From positions 1,736,001 to 1,800,000 of the forward strand of contig NC_134482.1 in the NCBI RefSeq assembly GCF_964194025.1: a stretch of 64,000 nucleotides of DNA, read 5' to 3'. A program made the position numbers and the translations under genes. This document shows positions 1 through 13,460 of the stretch, one piece after another. Positions within the stretch are counted from its first letter, which is position 1. Each line of letters opens with the position of its first letter. This DNA is from Convolutriloba macropyga. Lineage: Eukaryota. The notes beneath the pieces are model-generated. The model was not told the DNA's origin. It saw only the letters and a program-made list of their open reading frames with translations, and did no database searches.

Positions 1-2
1 CC

Positions 3-2410
3 TTCAAATTTGGGGATATTCAATTTCTGGATATTGTAAATTTTCTCGGTGGAGCAACAACTCTGGACTCCTTTCTGAAAGCATATCAATCCGAAGAGAC
101 AAAAGGATATTTCCCGTATGAATGGTTTGATTCGCCATCGAAACTTGACTGTAGCCATCTTCCACCTTACGATTCCTTCTTCAGCAAACTGAAAAATATG
201 AATCCACTGGAAAAAGATTTCACTCAGTTCGAAAAATTGATTCAATCTGGAAAAGAGGAGTCGGTAGTTCTCCGGGAAATGGGACTAAAAGAAAAGCCTA
301 GAACTGGAATAGAAAACTATGCTCTCCTAGAAGAGTTGTGGAAGATGGAGAAAATGAAAACTTTTCGAGATTTCCTTCGTTGGTATAATAACAAAGATGT
401 TGTACCAACGTTGAAGGCAATGGTGAAAATGATGGAGTTTTATCATGGTCAGAAAGTTGACATGTTAAAGCTTGGTTGCACGCTACCCAATTTAGCAAAT
501 ATCTGTCTTCATAAATCGATGGATAGAAAGTTTTACCCTTTCATCGAAGCTGACAAGGACTTGCATGAGAAAATACGAAGTGAAATGACTGGTGGTCCAT
601 CAATAGTGTTTACGAGGAAAGCTGTTGTAGACGAAACTTTCATCCGGAGGTCAAACAATGTCTGTAAAACAATAGTTGGAATAGATGCTAGCCAATTATA
701 TCCTTTCTCCATGTGTCAAGCGATGCCAACTGGACTCTATACTAGATGGGAGTTTGATAGCGATCTTCAAAAGTTCAAAGCTCGTCAAAACAAAATCAGG
801 AAGTTTGAGAACATGATAATGTCTTTCTATCAAGCAAACAGACCCGAATGCACTATTGAAAGTATCTATAAAACTGGAAAACAGAAAAAAATTATTCCTT
901 TAGTGTGGATGGCTTTTGTGGTCATTGTCAAAAAATTTTTGAAGCTCTCGGATGCTACTACCACTTCTGTCCCTGTAGAGAAACTCAACCAATTCTTGAT
1001 AAAGTCCAATTTGAAAATGGTATCCGGAAGCGTGAGTCTGATATCTTACGAAGACTTCATCTGGAAAAGAAAGGATATAAAATTGTTGAGATGAGAGAAT
1101 GTGAATGATGGGATCAGGTTCAGAAGAGCTCTATTTTGAAAGATCATGTTCGAAAAAATTTTCCCTACAAGTTACCTTTGAGCAAAGAGACACTGTTGAC
1201 GCGGATACATGAAGATAAATTATTCGGATATGTACAATGCGATTTAGAAGTTCCTGAGGAGCCTTGTGAACGATTTGCAAACTTTCCTCCAATTTTCAAA
1301 AACTGTGATGTTGGAAGAGAGAATATAGGTAATTTCATGTTGGAATATGCTGAAAAAAACGCGTTGTTGTTAAAACATCAACGAATATTGATTTCGAAAT
1401 ACAAATTAAACAATGGAATAGTCATAACACCATTATTAAAGTTTTATTTGAAGCTGGGTCTACGCTGTACCAAAATCCACAGATTTGTTGAGTATACCCC
1501 GCAAAAATGTTTCAACGGTTTCGTTCAATCTGTTGTTGATGCAAGGCGAGAAGGTGATGAAAATCCAGACTCTAGCGTTGTTGCTGAAACTATGAAATTA
1601 CTTGGAAATAGCTCTTATGGTTATCAGATCATGGATCGAAGCCGACATACGCAAACACTTTATCTCAGCGATGAAAATACTCACAAAGCTATCAATAACC
1701 GTCTTTTCAGGAGATTGAACAATGTCGGGAGAGGTATATATGAGATTGAGCTTGTGAAAAGCACTGTTGAACATCATGAACCAATAATTGTTGGATTCTT
1801 TATCTTGCAGTACGCAAAATTGAGAATGTTGGAGCTTTACTATAACTTTTTTGACAAGTTCTGTGATGTTCAGAAATTTGAAGAGCTTGAAATGGACACC
1901 GATTCCTTGTATCTGGCGCTGGCTCATGAAAATCTATATGACTGCATTCGACCCGAAATGAGAAGCATTTGGAACGAGATAAGAAGAGATGACTGTACAG
2001 AAACTTATCGCGCTGACAGTACGTGCAATTTTTTTCCAAGAACTTGTTGCGATAAACATGTGAAGCATGACAAGCTTGAACATGGTTTATTCAAGGAGGA
2101 GTTTTGGTGCACCGAAATGCTATGTTTATGTAGCAAGACATATTGCTGTTATAATTCATTAACAAACAAAACTAAGTTCAGCAGCAAAGGACTCAACAAG
2201 AATGTTCTGGAAGAAAACAGTAATGGACCGTTACAGAAGTACAGAAGAGTCCTGGATGATGCAGTAAATGTGTCCTCAACTAACAGAGGGTTCAAAACTA
2301 TGAATCACCAAATTCTAACCTATAAACAGACTAAAAGGGGACTTTCATATTTCTACCCGAAACGAATTGTGGATAGAGATGGAATTCACACAAAACCTTT
2401 ACTGATCTAA
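3..2410 (+). pseudogene. polB: Protein-primed family B DNA polymerase (Polinton type), 5'-truncated by the window, with one frameshift (~894) and one premature stop (1106-1108)
   Basis: Motifs FLDIVNFLG...KGYFPYEWFD, ExoIII WYNNKD, motif A DASQLYP, motif B KLLGNSSYG, motif C MDTDS, GLFKEE, SKTY, SSKG. ORFs 198-1094, 905-1108 and 1136-2410 join through a 1-nt deletion (ATT[G]AT TCC TTT AGT GTG GAT) and a TGG>TGA change (ECE*WDQ). Confidence 0.93.
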
Positions 2411-3483
2411 ACTGGCAATCTATTTGCTTCCAGAACTTTTTATCTATCTAAATTGATCTCTTTTGAACACTTGATAAGATTGTGATATTAATTTGTCAAC
2501 CTAGTAAGTGTATTGTATAATTAGTTCCCATTCGTTGTTTTCGTTGAAACTAATAGATAGAAATAACAGCAGATTTTCAGCATAATTTTAGTCTTCTTTT
2601 CGGAGTTGAGCTAGCATAGTTCTTTCTAAGCAGATTCCTCAATTTCTTGGGAGAGTTCAGTGTAAACCCTAGATAATGAAAAAGCTTCTTTGTTATTCAA
2701 CACTTTCCCGCTGATAAACAGTAACCGTAACCTGGAACGTTCTCGGAATTCTTAACATTTTGCTCTAGCAATCTGATTGGACAACCATCTTTCCCGTTTC
2801 CTTTTTAGCATTATTTTCTGGCTAGATGCACGAAATTTCCTTTTAAGGAAATCAATTATAAACTATGATCTTACCGAACCTTTAGAAGTCTGCTCTGATT
2901 CATTTTGCTTCTCGTTGCCCCAGAGTTCAGATTGCCTAATTTGATTTTCTGTTAGCAAAAGGAATCATCCTATCGATATGATATTTTCCTCTTTTCATGT
3001 GCTGCTAGTGACACAAAATTTATATTGACGTCTTTAATTGTACGTACGAGGGTTTTTTTAGAAATTGAAGGTCTTGAACTAGTTAAAACAAAATTTTTAA
3101 TGTCTAAAAATATCTATGATTAGGGCGTTTTTATAGCATTTTACTATCCCACCATAACCAGATGTGATACACAATAGTAACCACAGTTGAAAATCTTAAC
3201 ATGTTATTACAAGATTCGATGACTCCTCAGCGACTAGAAGACTCACTGTCTTTATCAGTCACAATACGTGTGCCAAGTACTACTCCAGTTACTTGTAACC
3301 TATTAGCTATCTTCGTACATTGGTACAATATAACAATGTAGAATATCAATCAGATAATGTACTCAACGCGATGATGTAGTTAGAAATAATCTCTATTTAT
3401 GTTCGCCTACAGTTAGATAACAAATGTCAATATTACAAGTATCGATGATTCATTAGCAAATTGGTAATATGTAATCAATCCTG

Positions 3484-3745
3484 ATACATGTAAAATCGAT
3501 TACCTATCTTTATACATTATTGTCAAAAATCCAATCTTAATACATGCAAAATCTATTACATATCTTTATAGGTTGTTCTCTTAACTCTAAAGTTAATACA
3601 TGTAAAATCTATTACCTATCTTTATACATTACTGTCAAAAATCAAATCTTAATACATGTAAAATCTATAACCTATCTTTATACGTTGTTCCAATGACTCT
3701 AATGTTAATACATGTAAAATCTATTACCTATCTTTATACATTGTC
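3484..3745. repeat. Polinton subterminal tandem repeat, 56-bp unit, about 4.6 copies, alternating A/B variants
   Basis: ATACATG recurs at 3484, 3540, 3596, 3652 and 3708; core is ATACATGTAAAATCTATTACCTATCTTTATA. Confidence 0.9.
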
Positions 3746-4642
3746 TCACTAATTCAAAGATGACCTAAATAAGTTACAATTGTTATAACCAATCTTAATA
3801 CATGTGGGTCGTCATCCCCCCCGGGCAGCTCGGTCCCTCTATATACTACTACTATATGATAACTTGAGATGAGATGACTGCAAGAACAACAGACATCGAT
3901 GCATTTGAAACGAAAAGAAGCTATTTTTTGTTTTTTTGTCTTTATCTCTATATGTTCATTGGTCCTAAATTGATTCAAAGTTGAAAAAATTGGCGCTACT
4001 GATCCAATTTTTGCTGATTGTTTTTCAAAGCACCTTTAAATAATTTATTGTCACGAAGAGAGAATCTAGATCAGAATCCAAAAATTTGTGTGTTGCTCCG
4101 AATAAACGAATCAGATTATATCATCGTGATCAAAACTCTTGTGTGCCAGTGACGCAGATAAAAAGATAACTCTTCTTTATTCAAGTGCATTTTATTGATA
4201 ATTTTTTTGGCAACGAAAACAATAACTGGGCTTTATTAAATTCTTTTGCTTGTGGTTAATGATAATTAATACCGTATTCAGCTCGTATTAAGAGCTTAAT
4301 TGCATTCTTTATTTTCAAATTAATGATAATACTGTATTCAAGCACGTTAGTTTTTTGCTCCGAGGCGTATATCAGGCAACAGCATAATATCATCTATATA
4401 TAATCTAAGATAAAGAATAGGAGACTGTTGTAAAAAGCTGATGCTTTTTCTCTCCTCTCAAAAATTACATGATTGTTGAAGCCACTCAACTGGTCCTGCC
4501 TAAGTATAGATAAATTTATAAATTTTGCATCAAATTATCATTTCTCTTCAGAGACTGAAAATCTAGTCGTCCAGACAGAGTGCAATTGTTTTCTTCCAGT
4601 TTCCAGAGAGCATTATTGTTTTTGTTGCAAAATCGATTGGAC

Positions 4643-4748
4643 ATGACGTTTACTGCATTGGCTTTGTTGCTGTGCGTGGTAGACGGAGTGAGCGGCGTTG
4701 TACCCATTTTTGACAGTGGCACTGAACTAATGAAAGTTGGATTTTTCA
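4643..4748 (+). CDS. Actin-like gene, first visible coding exon: MTFTALALLLCVVDGVSGVVPIFDSGTELMKVGFF (signal-peptide-like segment plus phosphate-1 loop)
   Basis: PIFDSGTELMKVGF matches actin LVVDNGSGMCKAGF; GTAAGC donor at 4749; phase 1 fits the next exon. Confidence 0.75.
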
Positions 4749-5150
4749 GTAAGCTATACAACATGTCAATTAGAATGTTTTTTGTTACGATAACGTGTCG
4801 GTTACACAACATTTTGCATGATTAAGTTGAAAGTTCTGAGTTAACAATTTCACTTCACGCCTATAACCTTAAAGCAAAAATACCTTCTTACCGCTCTAAA
4901 AACACCAATTTTAGAACACGGCAAATGTAATGTTCACATAATTCGTCAGCGCAAAAATACTTAATGCCAACAAAGAGCACAAATATCATCTTTAGATTTT
5001 CACGTTTTATGAGGGAATGGAGCGTGGGAGGTCGGAGAAGGGAGGGGTAGCAGTTTCTCAGCAAAATTCGATGATGCAAAATTAGAGCATGACAGAGTTA
5101 ATCTGGAATTGAGTGAGATTGTTCGCTTATGAACCGTCTTAACTTTTCAG

Positions 5151-5308
5151 ATCAACAGAAACCTTCCGCATTTCCTAACGTAGTAGGAGTAATTTCGCCT
5201 GACAATGGGACTTATTTCATTGGAGAAGAGGCCTTAAAGAATCACCAAACTCTGGAACTCCACTACCCTGCTCGCCAAGGACACATACAAAAATCTCATT
5301 ATATGAAG
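5151..5308 (+). CDS. Actin-like gene exon: (N)QQKPSAFPNVVGVISPDNGTYFIGEEALKNHQTLELHYPARQGHIQKSHYMK
   Basis: Matches actin DDAPRAVFPSIVG...[39 protein letters not shown] acceptor and AAG|GT donor. Confidence 0.85.
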
Positions 5309-5718
5309 GTGCGCTTTCGTTTCAATTTTGATAACTTCGTCGTGTTCTTTGAAATTCTTCGAAGTTAAGTTACACATGTCGCTGTTCGTGCAAACGAGCC
5401 GCATGTTTAAGCCAAGATACATAGTTACAGTGACATGTCAGATAGCAGAAGGCGCACTTAGCCAAAAAAAATCGAAAAGTGTCAGATATCCAGACTCGCT
5501 CCTTCTAGCTTAAGTAAGAAATTTGGTTAAGGTTAGGAATTCAGCAGCTCGCATTAATTTGACCACTTCCAAGGAATCGCTGCGTGACACAAGACAGCTC
5601 TGATCAGACCAACTACGGTCGCTAACGTGTGGGGGAGGGGGCTGGTTTTACAGACTCTGGCAGGACTAGATACTGTCTGGAAAGTCTGATCAGAGCATCA
5701 CCCAAAATAGTCTTTTCA

Positions 5719-6090
5719 TAGGCAGCGCCAGAGAAATAGGTGCAAAACACTCTATCGGAATAAGTTTCATTTCATTCGCATTGGACTAATAATTCACGAC
5801 GTTAAATGAACATAAAACAGCAAATCTTGCAAAATTTTTTGACAAGTCCTGGCCTCAGATAGAATACCGAGAAGTTTTTAAAACCTAAAAACTTTAAGCC
5901 TAAAACGAGCGCAATCGATTTAGCATATTAGTAGGCTCGAAAAGAATTATGTTATTTGAATTTTTCTGAGCTTTGTACTAAAAATAGAACAGATGTTATA
6001 TGTATTTGAAATAATAAGGCCTAAGTGGTTAAGAATGACGTAACAAAGCACTCTTGCTGCCAGTACGGCTTTAAATAGGTTGCTCAATTT
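5719..6090 (+). repeat. Dispersed repeat fragment, homologous to 17610-17995
   Basis: Both copies start TAGGCAGCGC...ATAGGTGCAAAACACTCTATCGGAA and align through TTAAATAG.TTGCTCA. Confidence 0.8.
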
Positions 6091-6099
6091 ATATAGGCA

Positions 6100-9000
6100 T
6101 GAAAATCCTCCGGCGCAGATGAAGATGTCGGAAAGATCAGTACGAGCTTAGCAAGTGGTTGGACGAGCGATCCGGATGACGTGCGTACTATTGCGGAGTG
6201 GGCGACGCTGTCGGAACCTTACCGGAGCTGTTCAATTCGAGCACTGGGATAGTAACCCTTTGGTTTGCTTTCATTAACATTTAAAACTAAAGAGACGACC
6301 TTGCGGTACTGCTCTGCAGGCGTCTGCCACTTAGATTTACGGTTCAACGCAGGTACGCACTTCTAAACCCAACGTGCCGAGAATTGGCGTAGGAATGCGC
6401 ACTAGCCTACCGCTTACGATAATCGAACTAGTCAACGACAACGATTGACAGAATTCCGGTTGCTTGCTTACCAAGTCGAAAATGATTGGGTATTACTGCA
6501 CCTAGGTCAAACAGGTATGCACTCAAGGGCGTTAGAGGATGTCCATGAAATGTATCATCAACTAGACAAAAATTAGTGTTCAAAACCTCAGCGGTGAGGC
6601 GACGTATACCAAAGATGGTATGAGATACTCTAAAACTACTGACAAATCTCTCCCAGTTGACAAATTTGTGTGGATCACTGGGCGGATCGAACTTCCAAAT
6701 AATGCTTTATGCACAGATCAGTGACGATGCGTAGCGTGTTCCATTTTTTATGCGTTCACGGAGCCCTTTATGGTCCGAAACAATCAACTCCGATGTTAGT
6801 AAAAAGGAAGAAATTGGTATGCGAGTTTCTTTTTTGGGAGGTCTGCCATGACCGGTTGAAAGGTTGCCGCGTGGAATTTTCTGCACCAGACACAGTTTCG
6901 TTTGTTGAAACGTAGAGAGGAGCGCAGTTTAAGTATGGCGTAGCGTTTCTGTACCATTGACCGTGAATAATCGATGTTCTGAAGATGATTTTTTAAATGA
7001 ATATGCCACAAACACAGGGCGCTCATCCAGCACGATAGGGTCTGTAGTGTCTAAGTATATTTCCACTAGCCGTTGGAGCTGACCAGAAGAACGAATGAGA
7101 CCATGAAGCCAAAGAAATGGAGTAAACTGAGCAATTCGGCTGCTCTTCTCGACAAGAAGATCCTTTCTTGACGAGAAGATACTTCATGGCAAGATCCTTT
7201 CTTGAAGATTCATGACAAGATTGACTTGTTGTCAAGAAGATCGTTTCTTCCGATACTGAAGGACTCCCCTTGAACAAAATACTGAAGCTGACGCGCGTCA
7301 TCGTTAGACTCAACAGAGTTCGTTGGGTTGCCGTCTACGGTACAGTAACATTCGTGGGAGTGTGAAAACCGGAGCATCTATGCGGTAACATTAAGTAGTA
7401 TTTGATAAGAAATGAACTTATCAAATTATATTAGATGAATGCTTTGTTCCTTTATGGGTTTGGTTGCTGATGCGGCTAAAGATGAGATAGAGTCATCAGT
7501 TTGTAACTTGGTTACAACTTCGAGCTTGATGCTATCAAAAATGTCGGTATTTGGCACGAAAGGCAATTGCTCATTTTTCTAGAAGTCAGGACCCCTAACC
7601 CAGATACTTGGTTGCAAAACCTCAGCGGACATACCACGCGTGTTGGCGTCTGCCGGTTTACTCAAAGTGGTGAAGTGGCTTCATTGATCAACGCTAACGT
7701 GTTCCATAATTTCATTTAAGAGATTTGCAATAAAGAGAGGGTGTTTGTTGTTTGAGTTTACTCACGGCAAAAAATTGTACTATCTGACCACATCAAAACT
7801 CTGTCTACAGTGGCGGTCAATGCTCGTCAGATTTCGTTTTTCAAGCCTGCAGCGCGCAGAGCGGCCTACAGATCCAACTTTGGAAAAGCCATCACATTCA
7901 TAGGTGCAATACGGGCCTTGCCCAGGACAAAAGCCAACACCTTTTAAGTCTTTCCGGAAACGCAAGTTATCTCAGCCAGAAGCAAACCTACAGCACTGAT
8001 TACGTCTTGTGAACTATCACCAATCATTTGGAGTTCAAGATATTAGAACATTGCTGACAAATAAACTCTTGATATGGTATCTCTGCCAATTGCGGCAATT
8101 CAACGCACCATGCAAGCAATTCGTCAACTGTTTCTTTGGGCAAAATGTCATCCTAACTTTGTCCATTGACACGCCAAATGTCTTTCAAGATTAAACGAGC
8201 ACCTAAAATAAACGGTGCGACAAAACCAATTAGATAGTAGAGCTCTGACACAAGATTTAAGACCAAGCGCTGTGTTAAATTTTTTGTGATTGTGCTGTTA
8301 GTATCCCTGATTACCACAATAGACCATGAAGCCAAAGAAATGGAGTAAACTGAGCAATTCGGCTGCTCTTCTCGACAAGAAGATCCTTTCTTGACGAGAA
8401 GATACTTCATGGCAAGATCCTTTCTTGAAGATTCATGACAAGATTGACTTGTTGTCAAGAAGATCGTTTCTTCCGATACTGAAGGACTCCCCTTGAACAA
8501 AATACTGAAGCTGACGCGCGTCATCGTTAGACTCAACAGAGTTCGTTGGGTTGCCGTCTACGGTACAGTAACATTCGTGGGAGTGTGAAAACCGGAGCAT
8601 CTATGCGGTAACATTAAGTAGTATTTGATAAGAAATGAACTTATCAAATTATATTAGATGAATGCTTTGTTCCTTTATGGGTTTGGTTGCTGATGCGGCT
8701 AAAGATGAGATAGAGTCATCAGTTTGTAACTTGGTTACAACTTCGAGCTTGATGCTATCAAAAATGTCGGTATTTGGCACGAAAGGCAATTGCTCATTTT
8801 TCTAGAAGTCAGGACCCCTAACCCAGATACTTGGTTGCAAAACCTCAGCGGACATACCACGCGTGTTGGCGTCTGCCGGTTTACTCAAAGTGGTGAAGTG
8901 GCTTCATTGATCAACGCTAACGTGTTCCATAATTTCATTTAAGAGATTTGCAATAAAGAGAGGGTGTTTGTTGTTTGAGTTTACTCACGGCAAAAAATTG

Positions 9001-12000
9001 TACTATCTGACCACATCAAAACTCTGTCTACAGTGGCGGTCAATGCTCGTCAGATTTCGTTTTTCAAGCCTGCAGCGCGCAGAGCGGCCTACAGATCCAA
9101 CTTTGGAAAAGCCATCACATTCATAGGTGCAATACGGGCCTTGCCCAGGACAAAAGCCAACACCTTTTAAGTCTTTCCGGAAACGCAAGTTATCTCAGCC
9201 AGAAGCAAACCTACAGCACTGATTACGTCTTGTGAACTATCACCAATCATTTGGAGTTCAAGATATTAGAACATTGCTGACAAATAAACTCTTGATATGG
9301 TATCTCTGCCAATTGCGGCAATTCAACGCACCATGCAAGCAATTCGTCAACTGTTTCTTTGGGCAAAATGTCATCCTAACTTTGTCCATTGACACGCCAA
9401 ATGTCTTTCAAGATTAAACAAGCACCTAAAATAAACGGTGCGACAAAACCAATTAGATAGTAGAGCTCTGACACAAGATTTAAGACCAAGCGCTGTGTTA
9501 AATTTTTTGTGATTGTGCTGTTAGTATCCCTGATTACCACAATAGTTTCATTGTTAGGATTCCACTTAAAATCAAGCACGTGCATTGATTGCTCTTTGGA
9601 TATAACGATGACTTTTGACTGAGTAGAGTGAAGAGATCCATCAATTCGGTCATCCATTTGTGGCACATCACTTACAAACATAGTAAGCTTGAACTCACTT
9701 AGACGGAGAAGAAGTACCAACTCTTTCAACCTAATGAGGGTCTTTGCAGAGGCTTTCAATAACGGTCAGCATTATCATGTGCCGGGCGCAGTAGCGCTAA
9801 ACTGGCGCAGGTGGGCAAAAATTTTGCCCCAAAAAGTGGCGTGTATACTGATGTACAACAACGTTCGATTTTGATGTACCACAACACCCGCCACAAAAAG
9901 CACAAAAATTGCTGATCACATGTTTCATCTACGACTTGGGGGAACATCCCCCGATGTCGGCTGATACGGCAAATTGGTGTTGTCTGAACCTCAGGAGTAC
10001 CTACACTAGGTTATGTAATTCGGGTCCGGTGAGTGGCGATTTTTTATTTTTTGAGTGATGCGCCCTGGAAATTAACTGCCTCAATTAGAACGCAAAGAAT
10101 TTTGCCCGTTTTGTTTTCATTCACAACCCAATTGTGCGGTGCAGTTTAAACTGAACTAGCGCTGAGAAGTAATTAGGTGATCCGATGTTACCTTCAGCTC
10201 ATAGCGTTCCGACATACTTTATTTTCATAATACATTGAGGATTTTTCAAGAGTATCATAAGCACATGCATCCGCTGTAGATTGTGGGACTGCTTGTTTGC
10301 TTGACTTCATATCGTACAAAGACTTAACTTGACTAGTAAGTTAAAAGTCCTGCTCCATGTTAGCCTTGATGCAAATTGAGACTAAACCTGAAGACGACGG
10401 TGAAGAGCCGCTTAAGACCCAACCTACGCAAAACCGAATAACTATGGGCGATCTTTTTTTGTCTGCAGCAAAGTACTCTAAAGAGCGGAAGTTATGATAA
10501 ACATCCTGTCCAATTATCATATCGATATTTCCATATCAATATGTAGTTGCCCACTAGAAGGTTTAATTTGACTTGCGCCAGCATTCGATACCGCCCTTGG
10601 TGACGTTTGAAGAGAATTTTGATGGTTAAACTTTCTCACTACCATGGGGAAGAGTGTTATGGGAGCTGTTGCAACCATATTTGCAACATTTCTTGGGATT
10701 CGGGCGCTGCCGGAACATATTCTTTTCCCTCAAACATGAAAAGAAAAAATTTCATTCAGCTTCTTTCTCGGCTCGCTGAGCGGGAGACTTTTTTTAAAGA
10801 CCCGACATTCCCAGATGCTCTGGTGACCCTTGCAAACAATGCAGCAAGTTGAAGATAATGTGGCAGTTAGAGCCGGTTTGTATGTGATTTAAGGCTGTGT
10901 TATGGTAACGAATGAGAGATGCTTTGAGAAATTTTTGGTTTTGGTTATTCAGTTGATTGATGTTTGCTTCATCAGTTCCGTCGCCTCTGCCTTCTGTTTC
11001 CATCAACCATTGAAGCTGAGGTGTCTCGTCTTCAATCACAGATGGAAGCAAAATGCAGGGGCGAATGAGCCCAATGCTTTTAGGCCGTGAATAGTGACCA
11101 CGATTCTTGCATATTGGGCGGCAACTTTTGCACTGCTGTGTTCAGGAGCGAAGCGTTCTTCAAGTCAGTCTCGTATCAAATGACATAAAAACCCCGACAA
11201 GACCTGAAACTCTTGCAAAATAGTTTATAATATTGTCAGTTTTGTGCTTATTATTTAGTGTTTGAAAACAGCTGAGTTTGTCTAAGTATGAATTAACAAA
11301 TGTCTGTTGTCGGCCGAATTTATGTTCCCGTGTCTAATGTGCATCCTTATACATCAATTTGTAATAAAAAACTCAGCGATTACCGTCTTTGCTTTTCCAG
11401 TCACTTGTGTTTTTAGGTAGGTCAGCTTGACGTCATCATTCAATGGCTATGAGTCTTTTGCGCTTTCAAACTGCCCAAAATTTTCAAGCCACTGCCGCAG
11501 TTCACCATTGCACTGTGATGATTTACCCTGTGGCAGTGGAATGTACTTTTTCACTAGTGATTGCGTCAGCCTACTGTTTTATAAAATCTGCGGAGTCTGA
11601 AAAAGGGGCCGAAGGTGTGGACTGCGGAGGGCCACCCCAACATAATGGGTGCCGAACAGTAGCTTCATTTGTTAGAGGAACCATAGGAGTGAAAAAATGT
11701 GATGCTCTATAGGCGGAAGAACTAAAAGGATTCGGTTGTATGAAGTCTGATGTTACGTGAGTTTGATACCTTGCTGCTGCAAATACATGATTGGAGCAGC
11801 GAAGCAAAGTAGGGACCTGAGGTTTGTATAACGTTGCCAATGATATGTTGCGTAATTTCACGAATGTACCAACAATGGGAGTGCATTAGTTGGGATTGAT
11901 GCTTAACGACGCCAGATATTTTGACCGACTGGAGCTAGAGCTACGTGGGTTGAGCTGACGAGACTTTCCGGCTGGTACCAAAGATCTGGGGGCCGTGGGT

Positions 12001-13460
12001 GATTTAAGTGGGGTACACATATATTTGCGGGAGTTGAAATGATCTGTGCAGTTGAGGAGGCTGGTATTTGATTGGCATTGTTAGCAACAGGATGATTGAA
12101 GTTTAATGGGAGTACTTGTTGTGAGGGTGGTACGGAACCGACATGAAAAGATGGTGGAATTAACAGAAGTTGCGCAGCTATAAGATTAGAGACCGGGGTT
12201 GAAACGGTGGGAAAATTCATGCGTGCTTGTGGTTGACTAAGTGCTGGCGCAGCATTTCGAAAAGATTTAATGGAGTTGAACGAGGTAGATGACCGGGTTC
12301 AATTATCCGAGCATGCTTGACTTGCGGGCTAAATTTTTGTCTAAATGAATACAATCAAAATGCATGGTAGCCTGACCAAGCCGTCGCGTTGTGTTTGGGG
12401 CGGCTGTTTGTGCTGGCCTGCCAAAAATTACTGGTGGTGATAGAGGTGCATTTTGAGGCCGTTGTTGTTCTTGGATAATGTTAGTTTAGTAGCATTATCA
12501 ATTACAAAAATCTTTTTAATGGTCTCTTCCGGCATTTTGACAGTAAGATTGATGTTCTTATCAACTTTGCTCTGTGCCTTGTTGTCTAAAGGAAGCAAGT
12601 TAAGAAGTTGAACTGAAGAAGCACGAATAGCAGTGGCTTGGTTTGATAAGGCTTTGGAACCAGAAAGGTGAAAACTCAAATCATTTGCAACGATTGCCAT
12701 GTTCGCAGCCGGAGGCTAATTCACCCAACCCTGAACAAGTTCCTTGCTCTAACCGTGTTTCTTTTGGTAAAGGTATCGCGCAATTTTCCTGTGTCGGACT
12801 TGTCAGCTAATGGTTTTTTCATCAACCCAATTTCCTTAAGATCTGCAACAGCTATCGGCTTAAGATGTTCCTCCTCAAGCTGCTGAATATTTAATTCTCG
12901 CAAAGGAACTTGTTGTTCAATTTCAGTGCGCTGTCTGGCAATACTGAGCTCAGTCTTGTGTCGCTTTTTAAATGCCTCCCTTTTTAAGTTTTGGTGATTC
13001 TAATACGCGTTGGTTCTGGCTTGATAAATTTGATGAATTCAAATGCAATACTAATTTTCAATGTTGAGATTTATATTGTTTGTTATCTCTTTGTCTTGGA
13101 CCGAAGCAATGTACCCTCAAACATCAACGGAAATGTCGTCAGATCTCTTGGTTACAGTCCTTAACTTTTGCTCCAGATTTTTACTGGCGACATCTGGATC
13201 ATCTCTATAATGCACAATATCAGAGAGCTCCTTCCTCTTATCAATTGCAATTGTGAAATCATTTTGTAACTTTAAAACTGGAAGTTCGATCCTAACTTTC
13301 CTGTCCTGCTTATCAATAAATATATTAATGTCGCTATAGATTCGTCCTCTTTAAATTTTAAGATTCAGCTATTCAGCTATTAAGAGTCAGTATTAAGTTC
13401 AGCCTCTAATTTTGCCTTGGTAGCGCAAATTTTCTGTATTATTTCCCGCAATTTGGTCAT
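6100..13460 (-). mobile_element. Decayed BEL/Pao LTR retrotransposon (gag-pol with many stops and frameshifts); LTRs not resolved
   Basis: Minus-strand peptides: gag DUF1759-like NDDVKLTYLKTQVTGKAK (~11390-11445); RT AVSADIGGMFPQV...DQQFLCFLWR (~9880-9975); LTQRLVLNLVSELYYLIGFVAPF...LKDIWR; integrase WKFDPPSDPH...WERFV...RRLTAEVL (~6570-6700); C-terminal GSDSVAHSAIVRTSSG...LAKL (~6140-6220). Confidence 0.9.
7098..9545. repeat. Near-identical 1223-bp direct tandem duplication inside the BEL element (7098-8320 and 8321-9543)
   Basis: Identical ORF pairs offset by 1223 (7780/9003, 8009/9232); 2-bp AG microhomology at the junction; one difference noticed (G8197/A9420). Confidence 0.95.

Larger units (their letters stand above)
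1..3853 (+). mobile_element. Polinton/Maverick (adintovirus-like) element, right-hand part; left part lies outside the window
   Basis: Protein-primed PolB coding region, then subterminal tandem repeats, then a terminus ending ACTACTACT (3845-3853), the reverse complement of the AGTAGTAGT start typical of Polintons. ATATGA (3854-3859) would be the 6-bp TSD, but the left end is not visible to confirm it. Confidence 0.85.

Noticed and set aside
2576-2860. Basic minus-strand frame downstream of polB (LKRKFRASSQKIMLKRKRER...)
   Set aside because: Interrupted by stops with no recognisable homology; cannot be supported as a Polinton gene.
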